Sequence record: SRR22947727_4895
Reading direction: 5' to 3' (one strand)
DNA length: 64,000 bases
Shown: positions 9,980 through 19,457 of the stretch, piece by piece
Layout: each line of letters opens with the position of its first letter
Numbering within the stretch: position 1 is the first letter of the stretch
The notes under the pieces: generated by a model
What the model was told of the DNA's origin: nothing
Databases searched by the model: none
The model's input: only the letters and a program-made list of their open reading frames with translations
Program-made: the position numbers and the translations under genes

Positions 9980-10399
9980 TTACACCTCCGGATCCGATTT
10001 TGACTTCGCGTCATCGATTTTTTCTCCGGCACCGATCCAGCCAGAAATACCACCTGAGAAGTGGACTACGTTTGTGAACCCAAGTTTACGGACTTCATTG
10101 ATCCCGGCTTGATACGCGGTGCACGACGGGCCGCCGCAATAAGCGACGATGAGCATCTTTTTATCTTTGGGCAGTACCGCGGCGAGTTGGTCTTCGTTTT
10201 TCCTAAAATCGATCGCGCCGGGGAGATGACCCTTGGAATAGGATTTGGTGCCGTTCACATCGATCAGCAATACGGTGCCTTCGGCGATGGCCTTTTTCAG
10301 ATCCTTGATGCTGATGTCAGGATATTCTTCATCGGCGGCAAATACGGATGTCGTAATGGCCGCAAAGCTAAGGGCAAGGATGGTAAAAATGGATTTCAT
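9980..10399 (-). CDS. Secreted rhodanese-like domain protein
   Basis: Signal peptide MKSIFTILALSFAAITTSVFA, LIDV, GHLPGA, YCGGPSC active-site loop and GGISGW. Confidence 0.88.
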   Translation of the reverse strand: MKSIFTILALSFAAITTSVFAADEEYPDISIKDLKKAIAEGTVLLIDVNGTKSYSKGHLPGAIDFRKNEDQLAAVLPKDKKMLIVAYCGGPSCTAYQAGINEVRKLGFTNVVHFSGGISGWIGAGEKIDDAKSKSDPEV

Positions 10400-10507
10400 G
10401 ATTTGAAAGGGTTCAGTATTCAAAACGATAAGAGAAGCGATTTCTTAGTCGATTTCAGATTTGAGATTTCCAAATTGCGACGACAGGTTCCTTTTTACCA
10501 ATACACG

Positions 10508-11179
10508 ATGGCCGATTCCCGAATGACTCGCGAACAACCGCCGCTTCCGTTTAAAGCCGTCATGATCGGCTGGGCGGCTGCGACGCTGATTCGCGTTGTG
10601 TCGCTGACCCTGCGTTGGCGAATGGAGGATCGGGCGAAGATTTCAGAGAATCCGCCGGAAGGTCAGATGATCTGGGTTTTCTGGCACAATCGAATTTTCG
10701 TGGTGCCGGTCGCCTATCGGAAATACTTGAAATCCCGGAGCGGGGCGGTATTGACCAGCGCGAGCAACGACGGCGCGATCATCGCCGCGACTGTAAAATG
10801 CTTTGGGGCAGATGCTGTTCGCGGATCGACTTCACGTCGGGGAGTGGCCGCTTTGCTGGGTTTGGTTGAGTGGGTGAAAGGCGGATTCGATGTCGCGATT
10901 ACGCCCGATGGTCCTCGTGGGCCACGTTATCGACTGGCGCCCGGGTTGATCAAACTCGCGCAGACAACTGGAGCTTCCATTTTGCCGGTTCGGATCGAAT
11001 ACAGCTCGTTTTGGAGTTTTCGGAGCTGGGACAAATTTCGCGTTCCCAAACCATTTTCACGTGTGACGGTTATTTTTGAACCACTGGAAATGATTGACCC
11101 TGCCGTCGAAGGTGATTCTTTTGAAGCCGAAAGAAAACGAGTCCAACAGATTTTAAATCCCACGAATGAAACTGATTGA
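10508..11179 (+). CDS. Lysophospholipid acyltransferase family (DUF374) protein
   Basis: [17 protein letters not shown] and ITPDGPRGP motifs. Start reassigned to ATG 10508. Confidence 0.88.
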   Translation: MADSRMTREQPPLPFKAVMIGWAAATLIRVVSLTLRWRMEDRAKISENPPEGQMIWVFWHNRIFVVPVAYRKYLKSRSGAVLTSASNDGAIIAATVKCFGADAVRGSTSRRGVAALLGLVEWVKGGFDVAITPDGPRGPRYRLAPGLIKLAQTTGASILPVRIEYSSFWSFRSWDKFRVPKPFSRVTVIFEPLEMIDPAVEGDSFEAERKRVQQILNPTNETD

Positions 11180-12047
11180 AGGAAAACCAATCGCCGCCGC
11201 AGTTTACGAAGAATGCGCGCGCGAACTTGAATTGTTAAAAGCTGCGGGCGTAACGCCTGGTCTGGCTGTCGTTCTGGTGGGCGAAGATCCTGCATCGCAA
11301 GCCTACGTTGGGATGAAGGATAAAAAATGCAAGGAACTCGGCTTGCATTCGGTGAAGCTTGAGCGGCCTGCCACTATATCTCAGAGGGATCTAGAAGCCC
11401 TTGTTGAAGAACTGAACACGGACGATTCGATTCACGGGATTTTGGTGCAAATGCCGTTGCCTGGTGATTTGGACGCAGACGCGGTCATCAAAAAAATCGC
11501 ACCCGAAAAGGATGTCGATGGACTGCATCCGCAGAATCTCGGGAAAATCGCCAGTGAAGACCCGACGGGATTTGCCCCGTGTACCCCGTTCGGCAGTCAG
11601 CGCATGTTGATCGAATCCGGCATCGAGACATCGGGAAAAAGCGTCGTTATTGTTGGCCGTAGTTTGCTTGTTGGAAAGTCGCTCGCCCTGTTGATGATGG
11701 GCAAAGGCCCCGGCGCAAATGCCACCGTGACGGTTGCGCATTCCCGCACGAAAGATTTGGCCGCAGTGACTCGCGAAGCCGACATTCTCGTGGCAGCCAT
11801 TGGCGTGCCGCATTTTATTACAGCCGACATGGTGAAAGATGGCGCCGTCGTGATCGATGTGGGGATCAACCGCGTTGAAGACGCCACTGCCAAGCGTGGA
11901 TATCGTCTCGTCGGTGATGTCGATTTTGATGCCGTGGCTGAGAAATGCGAAGCGATTACCCCCGTTCCCGGCGGAGTGGGCGTGATGACGATCGCGATGC
12001 TGATGGCGAATACGATCCGTGCGGCGAAGTTGAAGGCGGGTTTGTGA
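11166..12047 (+). CDS. folD: Bifunctional methylenetetrahydrofolate dehydrogenase/cyclohydrolase
   Basis: [44 protein letters not shown] and TPVPGGVG motifs. Confidence 0.97.
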   Translation: MKLIEGKPIAAAVYEECARELELLKAAGVTPGLAVVLVGEDPASQAYVGMKDKKCKELGLHSVKLERPATISQRDLEALVEELNTDDSIHGILVQMPLPGDLDADAVIKKIAPEKDVDGLHPQNLGKIASEDPTGFAPCTPFGSQRMLIESGIETSGKSVVIVGRSLLVGKSLALLMMGKGPGANATVTVAHSRTKDLAAVTREADILVAAIGVPHFITADMVKDGAVVIDVGINRVEDATAKRGYRLVGDVDFDAVAEKCEAITPVPGGVGVMTIAMLMANTIRAAKLKAGL

Positions 12048-12127
12048 TTGGGGGTAAAAAATTCCAACTTCTCAAAAATCCGCTACCTATTCGGCTGGGC
12101 TATGCGTCTATCTTTGTGGACTCACCT

Positions 12128-14632
12128 GTGACTGACGATTTTCCCATTTCAAATCTCGAAGACGAACGCCTCTGCATTGCTGGAAAGCAGTTTGCAGTTG
12201 GGGATGCGGCGTTTTTTGTCAAAGCGGTGACCTACGGGCCGTTTGCTGAATCCGTCGATCACGCCACGGAATTGGCTCGGGTGCGCGACAAATTGGGGGC
12301 CAATGCGATCCGGATTTATGAAGTTCCGTTGATCGATTTTCTCCACAAGGCGGCGGAAGCTGGACTGCGGGTTTTCATTACGATTCCGTGGACGCAGCAT
12401 GTCGATTTCCTCAGCGAACGGTCCGCACTAAAAGCGGCTCATGAAACGATTCGTGATGCGGCGACTCGATTTCGCGGTCACCCGGCGGTTGGTGGTTATT
12501 TTGTAGCGAATGAAATTCAATCAACCCTCGTCCGCTGGATGGGGCCGGCTCGGGTGAAGCGGGCTCTCGAATCACTCATCGATACTGGAAAAAAAGCAGA
12601 TCCCGCTGCGCTTTTCAGTTACGCAAATTACCCGACAACCGAGTATTTGCAGCCGTCTAACCAGGATTTTGTGGCTTTCAACATCTATCTCGAATCGTCT
12701 GAAACCTTTGGGAAGTATCTACGGCGGTTGCAAAATTTAGCGGGCGACAAACCGCTGTTTCTTGCCGAGTTCGGAGTCAACACAAAGGCGAGCGGCGATG
12801 AAAAACAGACGGAAATGCTGAGCTGGCATCTCGATGAAGTTTGCGCTGCGGGGCTGGCGGGAACCACGATATTTGCGTGGTCTGATAATTGGAAGCGCGG
12901 TGGCGAATCAGTCACGGGCTGGGATTTTGGGCTGATTCGGCGAGATGGAACGGCCAAACCAGCACTCCTTGATTTGTCGAAAAAATGGGAGGAACTCAAA
13001 TCCCCAGCCGATGGAATTAGACTCACTGAGACTCCAAAAATCTCAGTCATCGTCTGCACCTATTGCGGATCAGCGACCTTGCGGGGCTGTTTGGAATCGC
13101 TCGAAAAATTACGGTATCCCGATTACGAAGTTGTCGTCGTCAACGATGGTTCAGATCCTGAAGTGACGGCGATTGCGGAAAAATTCCCCGAATTCATTCT
13201 CAAAAACATCGATCACGGCGGTTTGAGCAATGCGCGTAATTTAGGTGCCCAAATCGCAAGTGGTGAGATTTTTGCCTACACCGATGACGACTGCGTGGCG
13301 CCGCCGGATTGGCTGTCGTGGCTGGCGTTTGCCTACGAGCAGAACCCTGAATTTTTCTGTCTTGGCGGGCCCAATATTCCGCCGCCGCCTCAAAATTTTG
13401 AGCAAGCATGCGTAGCCGCTTCTCCAGGAGGCCCGGCTCATGTTTTGCTGACTGATCAGATCGCCGAGCACGTTCCCGGCTGCAATTTGACCGTTCGTCG
13501 TGAGGCTTTCGAGGCTATCGGCGGGTTCAATCCTGTTTTTTGGACAGCAGGCGACGACGTCGATTTTTGCTGGCGACTCGAGGATGCCGGATTTGTGATC
13601 GGCTTTCACCCGGCAGCGTTCGTGTGGCATCACCGGCGGTTCAGTTTTAATACCTACCTGAAGCAGCAAAGCGGATACGGAAAAGCCGAAGCGATGCTGA
13701 TCCCGCTGCACCCTGATAAGTTTGGCGAGATCGGTGGGGCACGATGGCATGGCTCGATTTACGAGCCCGCTCGGCAAAATATGTCGGGCAGTTTTTCACG
13801 AATTTACCAAGGCGTTTTCGGCTACGAACCCTACCAAATGATCTACGGCGGAGGCAGTTCCGTGTTCGGGTACATCGTAGGAACCGTGCAATGGCTTGCG
13901 CTTGGCGTTGCTCTAGCTGCGCTTGGTTGGTTGTTCCCCAGTGTCGGAGTGATCGGGATTTTGATGCTCGGAACAAGTGTTTTCCACGCGTTGCAAAGCG
14001 GTTTCAACGCACCAATCCCAATTAGCCAATCGCGTTTCGCGTCGCGGATTTGCCTTTCCCTTTTAGCCTTTGCTCAACCGTTTGTTCGCAGTTTTAAGCG
14101 CTTCACAGGAAGTCTGAAACACGCTCATTTGCCATCCCGTTTTCCTGATTCGATCGGCCCATTTTTCTTCCCTGAGTTCAAGTTCCTGACCCGGTGGAAG
14201 CGTTACCGATTTTGGAGCGAATCCGGCGTCGGTCGCGACGAGCTACTTCATGAAATCCTCCATGGTGAAGAACGTCCCAATTCGATTCCTGTTCGCGCGG
14301 GAACCGGTTGGGAAAATTGGGACATCGATCTTCCCGTTGGGCTTTTCTGGGCGCTCCATCTTCGCACCGTCACCGAATATCATGCAGCCAAAGATCAGCT
14401 GACACGTTGCAAACTCGAATCCCGACCGACGTTGTTGACCGTCATTTGGCGAATCGCAGCGATCATAGGGTTAATCTTTTTGTGGAAAAACGGCGACCTT
14501 TTTTCTCTCGCTGGAATCACCGGTTGGGCCGCGCTGTTCTTCCCCGATTTGTTTTTGCTCAGCGGATTTGTCCGCGGCTCAAAATGCCTCAAACGCGCGG
14601 CGAAGGCAGTCGGGCTAGCACGAGCGAAATGA
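12128..14632 (+). CDS. Fusion of a clan GH-A (GH2/GH5-like) TIM-barrel glycoside hydrolase domain, a GT2 glycosyltransferase and membrane helices
   Basis: N-terminal GANAIRIY, ANE and AEFG motifs. GT2 motifs ISVIVCT, DGS, ARN.GA, TDDDC, IGGF and GDDVDFCWRL. C-terminal hydrophobic helices. Start (GTG 12128) is uncertain. Confidence 0.85.
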   Translation: MTDDFPISNLEDERLCIAGKQFAVGDAAFFVKAVTYGPFAESVDHATELARVRDKLGANAIRIYEVPLIDFLHKAAEAGLRVFITIPWTQHVDFLSERSALKAAHETIRDAATRFRGHPAVGGYFVANEIQSTLVRWMGPARVKRALESLIDTGKKADPAALFSYANYPTTEYLQPSNQDFVAFNIYLESSETFGKYLRRLQNLAGDKPLFLAEFGVNTKASGDEKQTEMLSWHLDEVCAAGLAGTTIFAWSDNWKRGGESVTGWDFGLIRRDGTAKPALLDLSKKWEELKSPADGIRLTETPKISVIVCTYCGSATLRGCLESLEKLRYPDYEVVVVNDGSDPEVTAIAEKFPEFILKNIDHGGLSNARNLGAQIASGEIFAYTDDDCVAPPDWLSWLAFAYEQNPEFFCLGGPNIPPPPQNFEQACVAASPGGPAHVLLTDQIAEHVPGCNLTVRREAFEAIGGFNPVFWTAGDDVDFCWRLEDAGFVIGFHPAAFVWHHRRFSFNTYLKQQSGYGKAEAMLIPLHPDKFGEIGGARWHGSIYEPARQNMSGSFSRIYQGVFGYEPYQMIYGGGSSVFGYIVGTVQWLALGVALAALGWLFPSVGVIGILMLGTSVFHALQSGFNAPIPISQSRFASRICLSLLAFAQPFVRSFKRFTGSLKHAHLPSRFPDSIGPFFFPEFKFLTRWKRYRFWSESGVGRDELLHEILHGEERPNSIPVRAGTGWENWDIDLPVGLFWALHLRTVTEYHAAKDQLTRCKLESRPTLLTVIWRIAAIIGLIFLWKNGDLFSLAGITGWAALFFPDLFLLSGFVRGSKCLKRAAKAVGLARAK

Positions 14633-14640
14633 ACGATTTT

Positions 14641-14739
14641 TCGAACCAAAAGGGTTGATTCATCGAACTTACCCTGTTGCTTCGAAACTGCTTCACGAAC
14701 ATACCCTATTGAATCTTCGAACAGACCCTGTCCGATCGT
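14641..14739. repeat. Double 45-bp repeat: palindromic copy (14641-14685) plus tandem-form copy (14695-14739)
   Basis: tcgaaccaaaagggttgattc-atc-gaacttaccctgttgcttcga, then acgaacataccctattgaatct/tcgaacagaccctgtccgatcg. Confidence 0.9.
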
Positions 14740-14771
14740 GGCAGGGTGTGCTAGCGTGAGCGGAGAGAACT

Positions 14772-15182
14772 ATGCAAATTGGGCGACACATCACAAATCA
14801 AATCGGAGCGGCGCTACTGGAAGTGGTGATAGCGACGACGGTGTTTGCGACGGTCGGCACTGCTCTCGTCATTGCGGTTAATGAAATCGGGAAGCTCTCG
14901 CTGGAAGTTCATAAGGAGGTTTATGTATCGACGCGGCTGCAATCGATTTTGGAGGAAAACAGCAAGGTGCCGGATATTCGCGAGGGGGAATTGAAAACGA
15001 AGCCGGATGATCGCGGGGTGGTTTTTGAAACAACGGTGGAACCGATCGAAATTCGGACGGCGGAGGATTTTTTGCTGCCGCAAATGTTTGTGATCAAAAC
15101 ACGCGGATTGTGGATGGAAAATGGAACGAAGCAGGAATTGACTGCAGAAACGTATCGCTATGCACCGATGTTCAGACAGTAA
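14772..15182 (+). CDS. Type II secretion minor pseudopilin (GspI-like)
   Basis: Prepilin-like G|AALLEVVIA with Glu at +5 and a hydrophobic helix; first gene of an overlapping operon. Confidence 0.72.
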   Translation: MQIGRHITNQIGAALLEVVIATTVFATVGTALVIAVNEIGKLSLEVHKEVYVSTRLQSILEENSKVPDIREGELKTKPDDRGVVFETTVEPIEIRTAEDFLLPQMFVIKTRGLWMENGTKQELTAETYRYAPMFRQ

Positions 15183-15909
15183 ATTTTCAGCCGAAAATGG
15201 TCGGGGCGGTTTTACGCTGCTGGAGGTGACGATGGCGATGGTGCTGGCGATGATGTTGCTCGTTGGGATTTTTGCGGTGGCCACGGGAACGACGCAGATC
15301 ACGGATGAGATCAGCAAGTTTCAAAGCCGGGAGACTCAAAAGCAGGCGTTTACCCAACTTTGTCGACGAACCTTGAAAGGGCTTGGAGCGGAAGCGCAGC
15401 TTCAACTGGATACGGTTTCGGGGCGGCGTGGTGGGTATTTATCGAAGCTGATTATTGATCGCGATCCGTTGGCGTTTTCGTTCAGTGCGATGCCTCCGGG
15501 GGCGTCGCGGGTGGTGTTGTATTCGCAGTCAATGGCGGGAGGAGATCTCGCAGTTTGGCTGAAATATTTGAATCAAGAGGAGGTCGAAGCAATGGACAAC
15601 GGCGAATGGAAAGGGCTGGGAACGGATCTTCGATTGCTTGGAAATGTGTCAGCTTTTGAGTGGCGATTTTTTAATCGGGTGACCGGGGAATGGTCGAACG
15701 TGTGGGAACCCGGAGCGGAACGCCCGTCGCTGGTGGATTTGAGTCTCGGAGTGGATCAGGAGACGCCGTTGCGTCATGTCTTCTGGATTCCGAAATACGA
15801 GCAGGCGGAGCAGTTGACTCGCGGATTTACCCAAACGGATGCGAACGGTGGCGTGCCAGGGGAGGAACCAAATGGGGAGGTCGCACCGGGGGGTGGGATT
15901 GAACCATGA
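15160..15909 (+). CDS. Type II secretion minor pseudopilin (GspJ-like)
   Basis: RGG|FTLLEV N-methylation site and a C-terminal F.WRFF......W...W......P..V motif typical of GspJ. Confidence 0.8.
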   Translation: MHRCSDSKFSAENGRGGFTLLEVTMAMVLAMMLLVGIFAVATGTTQITDEISKFQSRETQKQAFTQLCRRTLKGLGAEAQLQLDTVSGRRGGYLSKLIIDRDPLAFSFSAMPPGASRVVLYSQSMAGGDLAVWLKYLNQEEVEAMDNGEWKGLGTDLRLLGNVSAFEWRFFNRVTGEWSNVWEPGAERPSLVDLSLGVDQETPLRHVFWIPKYEQAEQLTRGFTQTDANGGVPGEEPNGEVAPGGGIEP

Positions 15910-16835
15910 AAGTTCGCCCCATATCAAAAAATCGAGGCTCGATTCTGCTTGCGGTGTTCTGGGTGATTGCGGTGCTTTCTTTCGCGGTGGTGACGTGTGT
16001 CGCACTGGTTCTGACAGATGTGGAGTTGGAGTTGAACTCGAAACAGCAATTTGAGGCTCAGCAGTGGGCCGAGAAGGGAGTTGCGATCGCGGCTCATCCA
16101 CTGGTGAAACCGTGGGATCCAATTTTGCGGCAGCAGACAGAAAACGGAGAAGGATTTACCGTGCAAATCATGAGCGAGGGAGCGCGATTAAATTTGAACG
16201 CCATTTTGCTGGGAAATGATGTCGATCTAATACAGCGGATTTTCGCTCAATGGGGGCTCGATTTGCAGCAATCGCAGGCGCTGATGGATGCGATGCAGGA
16301 TTGGATAGATCCCGATAAACTGGAGCGAATCAACGGAGCGGAGCGAGATTTCTATGAAGAACAGGGCTACCAAAATCAGCCTTTTAATCGCGCGTTTCGT
16401 TCGCTCGACGAAGTGAGGCTGGTCGCGGGAATGGCGGAGGTGGACGCGATTTTTCCAGGGTGGCGGAATTATTTTACGCTGTGGAGTGGGAGCGGGAAAC
16501 TGGATATCAATGAAGCGCCGGAAGAGTTGATTTCGCTAGCGTGTGGTTGCACAATCGAGACCGCGCAGCAGTGGATTTCAATTCGTCGCGGACAGGATAA
16601 AATTGAGAACACGCAGGATGATTTGACGATTCGAGGGATACCAGAGGTGATACAAATTTTGGGGCTTGGTGGGGACGCACAAACGCTTGTCGCCCGGCGA
16701 ATTTCATTTGAAGATCCGACCGTGCGAATTTCGAGCATTGGTGTTGCCGGAGATGCGCAATTTCGCCGCGAGATGGTCTTGCGTCGCAACGAAGCTGCGC
16801 CGACACTCCTGTATCTGAACGACGAAACCAGATAG
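15906..16835 (+). CDS. gspK: Type II secretion minor pseudopilin GspK
   Basis: RG|SILLAVFW (no Glu5), E.ARLNLN, DWIDPD...GAE..Y, N..F.S..E...V.GM and DINEAP motifs. Confidence 0.88.
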   Translation: MKVRPISKNRGSILLAVFWVIAVLSFAVVTCVALVLTDVELELNSKQQFEAQQWAEKGVAIAAHPLVKPWDPILRQQTENGEGFTVQIMSEGARLNLNAILLGNDVDLIQRIFAQWGLDLQQSQALMDAMQDWIDPDKLERINGAERDFYEEQGYQNQPFNRAFRSLDEVRLVAGMAEVDAIFPGWRNYFTLWSGSGKLDINEAPEELISLACGCTIETAQQWISIRRGQDKIENTQDDLTIRGIPEVIQILGLGGDAQTLVARRISFEDPTVRISSIGVAGDAQFRREMVLRRNEAAPTLLYLNDETR

Positions 16836-16841
16836 ACATTT

Positions 16842-18044
16842 TTGAGCCGAAAACGAACAGTGACCTGCCTTTTGCCCGGTGAAACGGAGCAGGAGTTCTG
16901 GGAATTTCCTGCCAATGGAACTGGTCCGGGAGCGAAATCGTTGCGCAAGCCGTCGGGCGATTGCACCTATTGTTTTGGGAGCCGTGCGCTGTTTGCTGTG
17001 CCGCTGTGGGTCAGTTCAACCGATCCCAATGTGATCGAAGGGGCGGTTCGGATGCAGTTGGAAAATCGCCATATTGGTGATTTTTCAGTCGATGAGGGTC
17101 AACATTTTGACTATTTCAACGTGGCTGAAGATGGATCGCGGACTCAGATTTTGGCGACTGTTTTAGCAGGTGAACCGGAAACTTATGGTCTAAACGGAAA
17201 TCTCGGCGGGTTTGAACTCGCTCCTCGTTTTTTCTCGCTGAAAGAAAACGCGATTGGCTTGTGGCGCGAAAATCAGCGGTGGGTTGCCGCGTTTTATCGT
17301 CAGGGGAATTTGGCTTATTTTCAGGCGCTTTCGGCGCGTGATTTTGATGAAGATTTGATCAGCGAAATCGAATGCATTCGCGAATGGTTGCGCGGTGCCG
17401 GGTTTGTCGAAAAAATAAATTCAGTGGTCGTGTGGGAACCAATGACCGATCCGGTCGCGGTGACTGAACTTGGTGAACGGCTGCAAGCGACGGCAACCGT
17501 GTCGGATCGTCCAATGCCTATGTTGCCTCTTGAGGAAACGGCATTGATGCCCGAATCGTTTGCGCTTCGCGAAAAATCATCGGCGCGTCAGAAAAATTGG
17601 ATGCGGCTCGCGGTCCTTGGCTTGGTTGTCTACATGGTGATCATGGCGGTCGTGATGTTCGGCATCATGATGGATCAACGAGCGAATGCAGCCGAGCGAA
17701 ACTGGATTGCGCAACATGAATCGGAAGCTGCAATCGTTGCAGAAACCCAAGCGCGATGGGATGAGTTGCAGCCGGCTATCAACGCTGAGGGGTATCCTCT
17801 CGAGCTTTTTTATCGGGTTGCAAAAATGTTACCGGAAGAAGGGATTCGCATTACCCGATTCGAAGCGAATGGTCCAAAGATTCTTCTATCTGGAGAAGCT
17901 AGCAGTGTGAGTGCCGCGATTTCCTGGAAGGCGACGTTGATGAAAAGTCCGGATTTCATCGAATACGAGTGGGAGTTTCCGGCCCCGGATATTCAGGCTG
18001 ACAACCGGGCAACCTTTAACGCGGAGGCAAATTTGAAGCAGTAA
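16842..18044 (+). CDS. GspL/PilN-like assembly platform protein
   Basis: Cytoplasmic domain, single TM, coiled coil and a periplasmic LPEEGIRITRF...L.GEA ferredoxin-like motif; follows gspK. Confidence 0.7.
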   Translation: MSRKRTVTCLLPGETEQEFWEFPANGTGPGAKSLRKPSGDCTYCFGSRALFAVPLWVSSTDPNVIEGAVRMQLENRHIGDFSVDEGQHFDYFNVAEDGSRTQILATVLAGEPETYGLNGNLGGFELAPRFFSLKENAIGLWRENQRWVAAFYRQGNLAYFQALSARDFDEDLISEIECIREWLRGAGFVEKINSVVVWEPMTDPVAVTELGERLQATATVSDRPMPMLPLEETALMPESFALREKSSARQKNWMRLAVLGLVVYMVIMAVVMFGIMMDQRANAAERNWIAQHESEAAIVAETQARWDELQPAINAEGYPLELFYRVAKMLPEEGIRITRFEANGPKILLSGEASSVSAAISWKATLMKSPDFIEYEWEFPAPDIQADNRATFNAEANLKQ

Positions 18045-18051
18045 GACGACA

Positions 18052-18585
18052 ATGAAACGCTCCGAAAAATTGCTCGCTGGTTTGTTGATTGTGGTCCTGT
18101 TCATCGGTGCCAATTTCATTCTCGGCGTTCGGATTTCTAAAAAGAAAAACGCGCTCGATCAAGAATCGCATGCGCTTGAACTTCGTCGTGTCGAAATCGA
18201 GACACTTATCGAGGAGAAAGATGAGTGGATGAAGTATGAGGCGTGGTTGGCGGTCAATCAGCCCGTATTTCCGGGCAATGAATCGGCCGGACAGGAATTA
18301 CTCAAGATTGTCGATTCTTCCGATGAATTCGGTCTCGAGATTCTTGGCCGCGATTTGTTGGAGCAGGAAGATTTGCCCTCTGCAACCCAAGTGGGCATGT
18401 TTGTGAAAACGAGAGGGGATCTCGAAAGTGTTCTTCGATGGCTATATTCGCTGCAGAGTCCGAAGAAATTCCGAGTCGTCCGCCAGCTCAAAATTCTCCC
18501 TGACAAAGAAGATGAAACCAGCGTGATCTGCGAATTTTTACTGCTACGTTGGTATCAGACTGAGGAAGGAGTCGCGACGTTATGA
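18052..18585 (+). CDS. GspM/PilO-like protein
   Basis: MKRSEK followed by a TM helix, coiled coil and G.L....RWLY.LQ motif; follows the GspL-like gene. Confidence 0.7.
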   Translation: MKRSEKLLAGLLIVVLFIGANFILGVRISKKKNALDQESHALELRRVEIETLIEEKDEWMKYEAWLAVNQPVFPGNESAGQELLKIVDSSDEFGLEILGRDLLEQEDLPSATQVGMFVKTRGDLESVLRWLYSLQSPKKFRVVRQLKILPDKEDETSVICEFLLLRWYQTEEGVATL

Positions 18586-19289
18586 AAAATTCCGAATCGA
18601 TTTTATTGGGGCTGATTTGTAGTTCGATCGTCATTTGTGCTCAGGAATCAAGTGAGCCGTGGGAACCGATTTCGTTTCCCGAAAGTCGCTACGAAGCTGC
18701 CTGGGAGCGAAATCCGTTCAATCTCGATACCGCACCTGAAGACGGCCCGGTCGATCAGTCGTTCGCCCGTGATTTTACGCTGGCGGGAGTTTCGGTGATT
18801 GGAGAAAAAAAACGTGTCCTTCTCGTGAATCGCAAAACCAAGGCCTACGAAACTGTTTACAGTGGTGATGAAAACGGGAACGGATTCAGCCTCGTCAGTA
18901 TCGCGTTGAATCCTGATCGCACTAAGGTGACTGCCGTGATTAAAAAAGGCGGCAGAGAAGCGACCGTGAAATTTGACCCGAAGATGACCGCTGCCCGAGC
19001 AAAAGAGGTGGCAGCCAAGCGCGCAGCAGAAAATCCTGTCGCTGAAAAAGTTGATCCACGAGCAGCTGCAAAAGCTGCCGCATTACGCTCGCGCGGAGGA
19101 GCCCGCGTCCGCACGCCAGCGGACATGAATCGCGAAGAAATGACGCGAGATTTACCCAGTCTGAATCGTGCTCTTGATGGTGGAGCACCTCAATCGGAGC
19201 CAGCTCTAGAAGCCGGTGAGCGAGGTAAAAAAAACGACACTACTCGGAATCGGCGGCTCCTAAAGTCGGTCCCGCGTGGGGCAAAATAA
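18582..19289 (+). CDS. GspC-like exported protein
   Basis: N-terminal hydrophobic segment and RNPF...F.LAGV......VLL, resembling the GspC HR domain; similar to 61416-62069. Confidence 0.5.
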   Translation: MKNSESILLGLICSSIVICAQESSEPWEPISFPESRYEAAWERNPFNLDTAPEDGPVDQSFARDFTLAGVSVIGEKKRVLLVNRKTKAYETVYSGDENGNGFSLVSIALNPDRTKVTAVIKKGGREATVKFDPKMTAARAKEVAAKRAAENPVAEKVDPRAAAKAAALRSRGGARVRTPADMNREEMTRDLPSLNRALDGGAPQSEPALEAGERGKKNDTTRNRRLLKSVPRGAK

Positions 19290-19303
19290 GTAGTAGAGTT
19301 TTT

Positions 19304-19445
19304 GCAATCCAATAGGGTGTGTTCGATGAATCAACCCTACCAAATCGCGTCCGGGTTAACTCGTTGTATTTCAATAAAAACGTCGTCGCAAATTAGTGGG
19401 GGCCTGACAGGCGGTATCGCCGGTCGTATATTTCTGATTGATCGA
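19304..19445. repeat. 45-bp repeat carrying a ~98-bp internal cassette (19339-19436)
   Basis: caatagggtgtgttc-gat-gaatcaaccct [cassette] attgatcga. The cassette is homologous to 29485-29577. Confidence 0.85.
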
Positions 19446-19457
19446 AAAATTTAGAAT

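Noticed and set aside
10061-10507. N-terminal extension of the DUF374 ORF
   Set aside because: Antisense to the rhodanese gene; family motifs begin after ATG 10508.
14641-14739. CRISPR array interpretation of the 22-bp direct repeats
   Set aside because: Units abut with no unique spacers, at most two are in tandem, orientations are mixed, and there are no cas genes in the window.
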